DNA of 24,036 bases from an uncultured Christensenella sp. GTDB lineage: Bacteria > Bacillota > Clostridia > Christensenellales > DTU072. A program made the translations under genes and the position numbers. The notes beneath the pieces are model-generated. The model worked only from the letters and a program-made list of their open reading frames with translations. It was not told the origin of the DNA and did not search any database. The DNA is taken from the NCBI GenBank assembly GCA_964626765.1, contig CAZVHD010000001.1:1-24036 (forward strand), read 5' to 3'. Below are positions 9,306 through 18,700 of the stretch, piece after piece (within the stretch, counting starts at the first letter, position 1; the number at the start of each line of letters is the position of its first letter).

Positions 9306-10031
9306 TCATTGAAACACTGTTCTTTTCATTTTTATATTATCCCTGTTGTATAAGGATAATTCACCTTTTTCATTCAAGGTGGCAAGTAAAACATCCTCTA
9401 GGTTCATATTTTGTTTTTTAAGCTGTTTATAAAGCCAGTTTTCGTCTTTATTCATAGCGGAAAGGTTGTCCTTTATAATCTTTTTATCAATAATAATATT
9501 GCAATATATGTGTGGAGTTTCTTTAACTGCGTTTATATCCTCCGCCACAACAGGCCTTTTGAAGTCCTTTGGCAAAATACTTAATTTTCCATTTGTCTCA
9601 TAGATAGCATATTCTATATCGGCAATATTGAAATAATCCTTTTCCCTAAGCTCTCTTAATAAGTCATTTACATTGAGCTGAGCCTTTTTGAGCCCATTAT
9701 ATAAAATTGTTCCTTTATCAATAAGTATGATGGGCGATCCGTTGAAAAATCTCCTTCCCCATATCGTCTTTCTGCTGAAAAAGGACATCACTAAATCACT
9801 TAACGCAAAAATAGTCATAGCAATAAGCGAATAAACGATGTTTATTGTAGTATCTATGCAAAGAGCAGCAGCAATAGAACCTATTGTTATTCCCACAATA
9901 TAGTCATAAAAATTAAGATGTGAAATCTGCTTGGCTCCCAAAGCTTTTGCAATAATAAACAAATAAACAATAGCGATAAGGCCTCTTAAAACTATTTCTA
10001 AATAAGTATCCATAATATTTATTTTTTGCAT
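9306..10031 (-). CDS. DUF421 (YetF-like) membrane protein
   Basis: 241 aa. 'LGAKQISHLNFYDYIVGITIGSIAA', three TM segments, then 'P.ILIDKG.I....LKK..L..NDLL..LRE.......DIEYAIYETNGKLSILPK', typical of the family. The start could also be ATG 10013. Confidence 0.88.
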   Translation of the reverse strand: MQKINIMDTYLEIVLRGLIAIVYLFIIAKALGAKQISHLNFYDYIVGITIGSIAAALCIDTTINIVYSLIAMTIFALSDLVMSFFSRKTIWGRRFFNGSPIILIDKGTILYNGLKKAQLNVNDLLRELREKDYFNIADIEYAIYETNGKLSILPKDFKRPVVAEDINAVKETPHIYCNIIIDKKIIKDNLSAMNKDENWLYKQLKKQNMNLEDVLLATLNEKGELSLYNRDNIKMKRTVFQ

Positions 10032-10063
10032 AGAATACTTTTTTATTACTGCAAGAATTTATT

Positions 10064-10093
10064 GTTTAAGATGTTATAAATATGACAATAATA
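10064..10093 (+). promoter_or_regulatory. Candidate SigF-type promoter for spoIIR
   Basis: GTTTA (10064-10068)-N15-GACAATAATA (10084-10093) fits the Bacillus subtilis SigF consensus GywTA-N15-GgnrAnAnTw except the weak second G. spoIIR is a known SigF gene. The AT-rich context raises the chance of a random match. Confidence 0.4.
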
Positions 10094-10099
10094 CGCCAT

Positions 10100-10627
10100 A
10101 TGAAAAAGTTTGTGTACTTATCTTTAATTATTATCATATTCACACTTTTCTTAAACGCCTTTAGTGGTTGTATGTTAACAGAGAAGGGCAATAAGGATTT
10201 TTTGCGTATTCATATATTGGCAAACAGCAATAGTGATTTTGACCAAAGTGTTAAAATCAAGGTAAAAGATGTTGTCACCCTTAGATTGAGCAAAATCCTT
10301 ATAGATGCTAAAAACAAAGAAGATGCCAAAAGAATAATACAAAATAAAAAAGAGGACATTATATATTGGGCAAATCAAGAATTAATTTCTAATAACATAA
10401 ATTATAAAGCTCAAATGGATATAAAAAGACAGGAATTTCCTGCGCGAGTATATGACGGTATTGTCTTTGAAAAAGGCTTATATGACGCTGTAATTATCAC
10501 ATTGGGTCAAGGACAGGGCGATAATTGGTGGTGCGTGGCATTCCCGCCGCTTTGCTTTATATCGGCAGGCGGTGATGAGATAAGGTATAAATCTAAAATT
10601 ATGGAAATAATCAAAAATGCAAAATGA
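10100..10627 (+). CDS. spoIIR: Stage II sporulation protein R
   Basis: Signature motifs 'LRIHILANSNSDFDQSVK.KVKD', 'FPARVY' and 'G.G.GDNWWCV.FPPLCF', plus an N-terminal signal/TM segment. Start is 10100 (MKKF..., 175 aa) or 10082; neither has a clear RBS. Confidence 0.93.
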   Translation: MKKFVYLSLIIIIFTLFLNAFSGCMLTEKGNKDFLRIHILANSNSDFDQSVKIKVKDVVTLRLSKILIDAKNKEDAKRIIQNKKEDIIYWANQELISNNINYKAQMDIKRQEFPARVYDGIVFEKGLYDAVIITLGQGQGDNWWCVAFPPLCFISAGGDEIRYKSKIMEIIKNAK

Positions 10628-10655
10628 ATTATGTTATGAAAAGGAAAATTATAAT

Positions 10656-11372
10656 ATGAACAATGTTTCAAAAGGAAAAAAGAATCTCAAAGATATTCTT
10701 CTAACCGGCATTTGCATAACGCTCATAGTTGCCATAGCCGCGACAGCGCTTTTGCTTTATACCGATATTTTTGTGGATGAACAGGCTGAAGCACAGCTTA
10801 TACGCAGAGGCAGCACAGGCTCTACTGTAAAAGAAATACAATCAAGACTTTACCGTTGGGGATATTATACCGGAGGCATAGACGGGATATTTGGGCCCAA
10901 AACAGAACAGGCAATCAGATACTTTCAAAGAGTTAACAACCTGGCTGCTGATGGTGTTGTGGGTCCCAAAACAGCTGCGGCAATAGGCGTAAGGCTGCAC
11001 GCAAATACAGCATCATCTTACTCAAGCGATGTTCATTTGCTTGCCAGATGCATTTATGGCGAAGCAAGGGGAGAACCTTATACCGGACAGGTCGCTGTGG
11101 GAGCGGTTATTCTCAACAGAGTAAGAAATCCTGACTTTCCCAATACTATTTCAGGTGTAATATATCAACCATATGCTTTTACCGTGGTTTCTGACGGTCA
11201 GATAAATCTACAACCTGATGACAGCGCTTACAGAGCCGCCAGGGATGCTCTTAACGGGTGGGATCCCACAAACGGTTGTATTTATTATTATAATCCAGTA
11301 ACCGCAACCAATCAATGGATAAGATCAAGGCCCGTTCATTTAACCATAGGCAAGCATGTATTCTGCACTTAA
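10656..11372 (+). CDS. sleB: Spore cortex-lytic enzyme SleB (peptidoglycan-binding domain + Hydrolase_2)
   Basis: 'GSTGSTVKEIQSRL...GYY.GGIDGIFG.KT..A...FQ...L.ADGVVG..T' PG-binding domain. Catalytic 'LARCIYGEARGEPY.GQVAVGAVILNRV', C-terminal 'IGKHVF'. Start 10656 has AAGGA upstream. Directly followed by ypeB. Confidence 0.92.
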   Translation: MNNVSKGKKNLKDILLTGICITLIVAIAATALLLYTDIFVDEQAEAQLIRRGSTGSTVKEIQSRLYRWGYYTGGIDGIFGPKTEQAIRYFQRVNNLAADGVVGPKTAAAIGVRLHANTASSYSSDVHLLARCIYGEARGEPYTGQVAVGAVILNRVRNPDFPNTISGVIYQPYAFTVVSDGQINLQPDDSAYRAARDALNGWDPTNGCIYYYNPVTATNQWIRSRPVHLTIGKHVFCT

Positions 11373-11383
11373 GGAGATGTAAA

Positions 11384-12694
11384 ATGGAAAAAAAGAAAAT
11401 AACTTATAAGATTATAACATATAGTGTAGCTACGCTTGTTATTGTTGGACTTTCATTGACGCTTGCATTTGCGGTGGAAAGACAAAATCAATACAGAATA
11501 GATTTAGAAAACATCTATGAGAAATCGTATTACGACACAATGGCCTCAGTTTATAATATTGAGACAAATATGGAGAAGCTTTCAATCGCCGAAGGAGATA
11601 CTATGCAAAGAAAACTCTTAAATAGTATTTGGCGAGAATGCGAACTTGCGGAAAACAATCTTGCTCAGCTCAGCACTGACAGCGAATCCGTAGACCAAAT
11701 AATAAAGTTTATAAACCAAATGGGAGACTATTGTCATTATTTGTCCAATAAGCTTGAAGAATTTGATATATCCGAAGAAGAAAATCAGAATTTAGATAGT
11801 CTTGCCGAACTATTAAGAGAGCTCAAAACCAACCTTATTTCAATTCAAGAAGAACTTATGAGCGGTGGTCGTATATTAGGTCCTTATGGACAAGAAGTTA
11901 ACTATTTTTCAGATGCCTTTCATAAGATGAACCATACTACAATAGAATATCCTCATCTGTTATATGACGGACCTTTTAGCGAAGCAAGAAATGAAAGAAC
12001 TCCGATAGCTCTAGAAGGTCTTCAGAATTATACCCAAGAAGAAGGTCAAGAATTATTACAAGAACACTTCCCTCATGACAATCTTGAGATAGAATATATG
12101 GGCGAAGTTACAGGAACAATACCCGCATATCTTTACAATATCTCCGCCGGGGAACTTTCAGGAAGCGTAGAATTGACAAAACAAGGGGGATATATCCTAA
12201 TCTATAACAGTTTTAAGTCAATAAGAGACCCCAACCTTGGTGAAGATGAATGCATAGAAAAAGCCGAGGAGTTTATTGAAGATATTGGATATGAAAACAT
12301 GGAACCGGTATGGGTTACTAACAACCATTCTACGCTATATATAAACTTTGCGTATGTACAGGATGATGTGATAATATATCCTGACCTTATAAAAATAAAA
12401 GTTGCCGCCGATAATGGTGAAATTATAGGCGTGGAAGCCAGAAATTATATATTTAATCATAAACAAAGGCAGCTAGACATCCCTAACGAAATTGACTATT
12501 CCCCCAATAACGGCACAACCGTAGTTAAAGAAAATTTAGCTTTAATACCGACAGAGTGGAATACCGAAGTTTTGTCCAAGGAATATGTTGTGACAAAAGA
12601 TGAAAAAACTTATATTATCTATGTAAATGTAGATTCTCTGGAAGAGGAAAAAATTCTTATGGTTATTAACGACGAAGGACAAATGCTTATTTGA
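11384..12694 (+). CDS. ypeB: Germination protein YpeB
   Basis: TAAGGAG RBS overlaps the sleB stop. N-terminal TM anchor, 'LENIYEKSYYD', 'YP.LLYDGPFSE' and 'IYPDLIKIKVA.DNGEIIG.EA..Y' motifs. Canonical sleB-ypeB order. Confidence 0.92.
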   Translation: MEKKKITYKIITYSVATLVIVGLSLTLAFAVERQNQYRIDLENIYEKSYYDTMASVYNIETNMEKLSIAEGDTMQRKLLNSIWRECELAENNLAQLSTDSESVDQIIKFINQMGDYCHYLSNKLEEFDISEEENQNLDSLAELLRELKTNLISIQEELMSGGRILGPYGQEVNYFSDAFHKMNHTTIEYPHLLYDGPFSEARNERTPIALEGLQNYTQEEGQELLQEHFPHDNLEIEYMGEVTGTIPAYLYNISAGELSGSVELTKQGGYILIYNSFKSIRDPNLGEDECIEKAEEFIEDIGYENMEPVWVTNNHSTLYINFAYVQDDVIIYPDLIKIKVAADNGEIIGVEARNYIFNHKQRQLDIPNEIDYSPNNGTTVVKENLALIPTEWNTEVLSKEYVVTKDEKTYIIYVNVDSLEEEKILMVINDEGQMLI

Positions 12695-12709
12695 TGTTTT
12701 TTCCCAATA

Positions 12710-12749
12710 AAAAAAGCCAACGCTTAAATCTTATAGCGTTGGCTTTTTT
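12710..12749. terminator. Bidirectional intrinsic terminator between ypeB and the giant LRR gene
   Basis: Perfect 15-bp inverted repeat AAAAAAGCCAACGCT (12710-12724) / AGCGTTGGCTTTTTT (12735-12749) with a 10-nt loop, between two convergent stops. Confidence 0.9.
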
Positions 12750-12755
12750 CTTTTT

Positions 12756-15700
12756 CTATATATAAACGACTTTATCAGCTATATCGCTTTGGTACTGAAT
12801 TTGGGAGCCTTCATCTATATAAACTGTTTGAACAGATTCTATTATCGCATTATCCTCTATTTGCACAACTCTTTTGCCTTGAATGAATTCGGGGATATAT
12901 ATCACTTCGCTATGCCCGGTATACTGCAATATTTTAATTGTTTGGTTTTGCAGTTCTTCAATTGCAAAGCTACCGTAAATTGTTGCTACGGGGATAATCT
13001 GACTTGCCATTTCCGCCCATAATGTTTTGCTCTTATAACTGTCGAGATAAACATCATCCACAAATACTCTCATAGCTGAAGGCGTATTCATAAACATAGA
13101 GCTTCCACCTTCTATTTCATCTCTATTAAGGTGAACTCTGTATAGAGAAGAACAACCATTGAATGCAAATGCCCTAATAAACTGTACTGATTCGGGTATA
13201 ACAATTTCTTTAAGGGATGAGCATCTTTCAAAAACACCTTCCTTAATTTCCAAAATCTCTGTTGGGATATTTATCGACCTAAGATTGTGACAGTTTCTAA
13301 AAGCGTATTCTCCTATGACTTCTATTGTATCCGGAAGAACAACTTCCTCCAGGGAAATAGAATCACTGAAAGCAAACATATTTATTTCCTGTTCGTATCC
13401 GGCATATAGTTTCACGCTCTTAATGTAAGGATTCCCAAAATGCCTTCCAATAGCTTTGACATTGTAAACAGTTCCACCTATTTCCATCTGAGCAGGTATT
13501 TCAAGATGTATATCATCTCCTCTATATTTATTTAATTGGATATTGTCACTGTCCACTATACTATAAGCGTAATCTCCAGTAATTAGGTCAGGAATAATAA
13601 AATCAGGATATACCAACGGGTCAGGGACTCCTCCTTCGTTTGTTCCTGCGTATACTCTCCAATTTTCCATTGATCTGTATTCGTCCAAACTGTTTTTTGG
13701 AACATAAATTTTAAGGTATGGATTATTAACATTCTTAAACACTTCCAATCCTGCTGTTGTCAATGTTACCGAAGGACTGGAACTAGAGTCCCTTCCTCTC
13801 ATAATATAGATTTCAGAAAGCCCGCTACAACCGGAGAAAACTCCGTCATAAAGAGCCTGAACACTATATGGTATAACTACTTCTGTAAGAGCGATACAAT
13901 CTGAAAAAGCAAAGCTCTCTATCACATTTAATACGCCATCAGACGCAAAGTTCACTTCAGCAAGATTTGTGTTATCATAAAATACATATTCTTGTATCTG
14001 GTTGAGTCTTGCTGGCAAGTTAAGTATTTGAAGATTCTTATTGCTGCTGAATGAATAATCAGCCAAAGTCAAAGTCTCCATTTCGTTGAATTCATCCGGA
14101 ACAATACTTTCGCTTTCAAATTCTATATCGCTTATTTCTGTATTGGCAAAAGCATATTCGCGAATACTACTTACGGTTTCAGGAATTGTTACTGACTCCA
14201 AGTTTGTTCCATAAAATGCGTATTGCTCTATCATGTTTAATGTTGAATCTTGCTTAAAAATTACTTCAGAGATACTGCTTTTATAGAATGCGTTATTTCT
14301 TATGGTTTTAACAGTATTTGGAATTGTCACACTTTTTATCGTGTAATCAAATACATATGTACCAATACTTATTATTTCAAAACCTGAGATATGAGAGGGA
14401 ATGACAACATCTTCATCATCTCCGAGATAATGAACTATTTCCGCAAGCATATCCGTACTGTCAATTACGCTGATAACAAACCCGTCATGGTCACTATCCC
14501 AACTAAGTATCCTAGACGCGTATCTATTCCAGCTTTCATCATCCCTGTAATAAGATAATTTATTATCCGTAACATAAACTTTCACAAAGTCACAATTATC
14601 AAACAACCTTGATGAATTGCTCTCAAGATTTATTATTCGGCTTGTATCGCTATCATCGTTGAAATAAACTGATACAAGGTATACACAATCTTTGAATACC
14701 CCATCTTTAATTATATCTAGTTTTTCAGGAAGAATTATGGTCTGAATATTGGTTTTGGCAAAGGCAAAACTTCCTATCTCTGACATTTCATCGCCTAAAA
14801 ATTCAATGCTCTCAAGCTGCATTCTCTCTTCGCCTTCTGTGGCAAAAGCATAGTCGCCAATTCTATCAACTAGCGGCGGTATAATTACTTGAGTAAGAGA
14901 TGTGTTGGAATAAAAGGCATAATCTCCTATCTCCAAAAGCCTGCTTGAATTCAATGCGCTTGTAGTGTTGTTAGAAAAATTAATTTCCATTAAACTAGTA
15001 TTATAAAAAGCTCCCTCTCCTATTTTTATAAGACTTAAGGGAATATTCACTGCTTGTAGTGAGGTAGAATATCTGAACGCATTTTCTCTTATTTCCAAAA
15101 GACCTTCGGGCAATGTTATGCTATTTAATTTGTAATTAAAGCTGTAACTATCAATTTCTAGTACAGGAAGACCTTGAAGATCTTCGGGCACGACAATATC
15201 ATTCTCCGCCCCTAGATATTTGAGTATTCTTATGCCCTCAACAACAAATGTCACATCCTCAACTTCAATACTATGAGCTCTATCCAAACTATCATAAACA
15301 ATAATTGTCCTAGTGGAAAGATTGTTATATGATTTGAAATCTATGTTAAGTTCGTTACCGTTTATATAAGTTGTATATGTTTCTTCTGAATAGTCGGCGT
15401 ATCCTAAAGACTTTTTATCAAATACCTCCGGCATATCCAGTTCATCTTCTAAATCATCATATTGATAAGTTTCAGGATTGTACACACCCAGATACTTTTT
15501 AATATTAATTGCGGAATATTCTTTTTGTATAATCTGTGTTGAATACATATCTCTTAAACTTTCTATGGTTCCTATTTTTTGAGAAAAATCACGCCAATAC
15601 CGCGCTTTTACATATTCGTGTCTTATATTATCATAAACATAAATCATAAGCTCCTGCGGTGTGTTTGCAAAAACATTTTCATTTTGAAGTTTTGTGAGCG

Positions 15701-18700
15701 TTTGATTCACGCCTCTTTCTACAATCACGCTTGTTAATGATTTGCAGTGGTTAAATAATCTTACGCCAAGATTTTTCACACTATCAGGAAGATTTATGGT
15801 ATTCATTTCTACGCAATATTGAAAAGAGTAACTTCCTATACTTTCCAAAAGACTTCCCTCGGCAAAATTGATATCTTTCAAAGACATATGATTGTCTTTA
15901 TTGCCGGCAAAGGCATAAATCCCTATTGTTCTCAGTCGCCATGGCAAATCAATTCTTTCAAGTGACAAACAGTTTTGGAAGGCGTAATTGGAAATGGTTG
16001 TCAATAGACTGTTGTTGCCAATCTCAACATCAGTTAACGACGAGCAGCCATAAAAAGCATATTCTCCTATTTGTTGAACGCTATCGCTTATTATCAGCCT
16101 TTCTAAAGATACGCTATTATAGAAGGCATGCTCTGCAATTTTTGTCACACCTTGAGGTATTCTCACAACTCTTAAGATAGCGTTGTGGCTGAATGCGTTT
16201 TTGCCTATTTCCTTTACTTTCAATCCTCTTAAGGTGGACGGAATAACTAGATTGTCCCCTGCTTCGGCAAGACCTATATATTTTGTGATACGGCAACTGT
16301 CACTATCGCCTGGAAGAGGCTCAATAATGAAATTTTCAACTGAGATAGCTGAACTTCTTATTCGTTCTGTGTAAGGTCTCCACATGACATTTTGACGATA
16401 TACATATTCCATGTTTCCGCCCACAAAAAATTCCAATTGTGAAGAAGTATCTTCAAAAGTATCTTCGTCAATGACAAGAACAGAACTTCCCTCCTCGTCA
16501 ACATCAATTGTTATGCTCTTTAGATGGTTGTTACCGCTGAAAGCCTTGCTTCCAAGCTCTATTGTTTTTCTGGAAATTGAAAAAGTCGAACCCTGTCTCC
16601 CCGCGGGATAAAGAACAAGTAATTCATCCTCTCCGTAAACTTGCTCATCTCCGTATTGGACATCTTTTGTATAAAGTACATTATTGATTGTTTTATAATT
16701 GGGATTAAGGTCGTCCACATTCAAATGTTCAAGACTGTCGCATCCATAAGCAGGCGCGTCTCCTATCATAGATACCATATTGAGCGATAAGCTTGTCAAA
16801 CTAGTACAGCCTGCAAAGCTGTAGCTACCCAAAGTATACGCGTCTGTAATCAATATTTCTATATTTTGCATGTTTTTGCAACCATAAAAAGCATAATTTC
16901 CTATGTACTCAACAGTTGATGGAACGCTGATAAACGAAAGACCGTCGCAACCATAGAAGGCTCCTTCTGATATAGTGACAAGACCTTCGTTAAGATTTAT
17001 CTCCCTCAAGCTTGTGGAATTTCTAAAAACAAACTCAGCAAGTTCTTCTACGCTGTCAGGAAGAGTAATTTTTCTCAGGTCATCGTCATACGCAAATCTG
17101 TCATAGCCATTGAGTTCATCATAAGTTTGAGTGGAATTTTTCAGTGTTGCATATCCTATATTTTCAAAAGCGCCTTCTCCTATATAGTTACAGCTAGACC
17201 CTTCTGCAAACTCAAACAGCATAAGATTTTTGTTGTCTTTGAAAGCATAAGATAAAATTGAGGTAACTCTTTGTGGTATTTTAACATAGAACAGATTTGT
17301 ATCTGCAAAGCTATATTCACCTATTATTAGTTCCTTATCGCCCTCTTCAAAATCGCCTTCTTCAAAGATTAAATCTTGCTGATAGGCTATAATGTCCATT
17401 CCGTCTTTTGTGGTATTCAAGGCAGGATTTCCTAGTCCGCTTTGATAAAATGCGTAGTTATCTATATAAGTTGTTCTTGCGGGTATTGTGAATTTTTCTA
17501 TTGATGAGCTCTTGCTGAAAGCGTATTTTCCAATAGTCAAATTCAAGTCTCCTTCTATAAAGATTAGATTTTCAATATTTTCACAACCATAAAAAGCATA
17601 ATCCCCGATTTTTATAAAATGAGCCGGTATAATAACCGTCCTCAATTCGTTAGAACCATCAAACATATGAGCGCCCATTTCCACTCCGTCCTCAGGATAG
17701 ATTTGAGAGTCCAAAGACTGAAATTCAACCGTTTCAAGATTATAACAGTTAACGAATATATGCGAACCCATTTCTACAAGACGATTGGGAAGTTCAATCT
17801 CTTGCAATAAGTGGCAATTATCAAACACATAACTTCCCAGCGTCAATTCAAGTTCGCCGGGGGTGAAAACAATGTCCTCAAGCCCCACGCACCATGAAAA
17901 GGCAAAATCGTTTATTTCAATCAATCTGCTGGGAAATACTAGTTCTGTTATTTGCGAGCTTTCATAAAATGCATAATCATCTATAATAAGCGGTTCAGCT
18001 TCCTCTTCAGTTTGAGAAAATTCTATTTCAGAAAGATTATAACTTCCATAAAAAGCATGTTTTCCAATTATGGTGACTCTCTCGGGTATAACAATATCTG
18101 TTATGTTATTATTCGCAAAAGCATACTCTCCTATCGTAAGCGTATTTTCGTTGTCATCGCCTGGATCAATTGTGATTGACGCAAGGTCTCTGCAATTATT
18201 AAATGCATAATTCCCGATATCTTTCACTCTGTCATTTATTATGAGCTCAAGCATAGAAGAATTGTCGGCAAAGGCATAGTCGCCAATTTCCAAAGTCTGC
18301 CCTTCATCAAAGGTAAGCCCAGTTATTCTTGATGTGTAAAATGCGTAAGGCGCAACCTTTTCCACATCTGCAGGAATTTGGAACTCAGCGGAGACTCCGG
18401 AAGGGAATAGTACAATTGTTCTTTGACCTGTTTTATTATACAAAACATTTATACCTTGATTGTCTTCGACCTCAAAATATTCATTTTCACTATCAACAGT
18501 AAATCCACCAAGATTGTTGCAGTCACTAAAAGGATTGCCTTCAATCGTGGTTATGGATTCGGCAAATCTGAAATTCTGTAAAGATGAACATCCTTTGAAG
18601 AGATTATTGGGCAAAGTTGTCAAACTGGGCGAATTGCCATAATAAACTTCCTCTAGTCCTATACAATTTGCAAAAGCTTGCTCTCCCACATCAGTAAGAC

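Noticed and set aside
10067-10094. SigG promoter for the DUF421 gene (minus strand GTATT-N16-CATCTTA)
   Set aside because: The spacing is shorter than the 17-18 nt expected and the -35 is imperfect. Too weak in AT-rich DNA.
10585-10612. Internal SigF/SigG promoter for sleB (GTATA...GGAAATAATC)
   Set aside because: Both boxes look plausible but the spacer is 13 nt instead of about 15, and the site is inside coding sequence.
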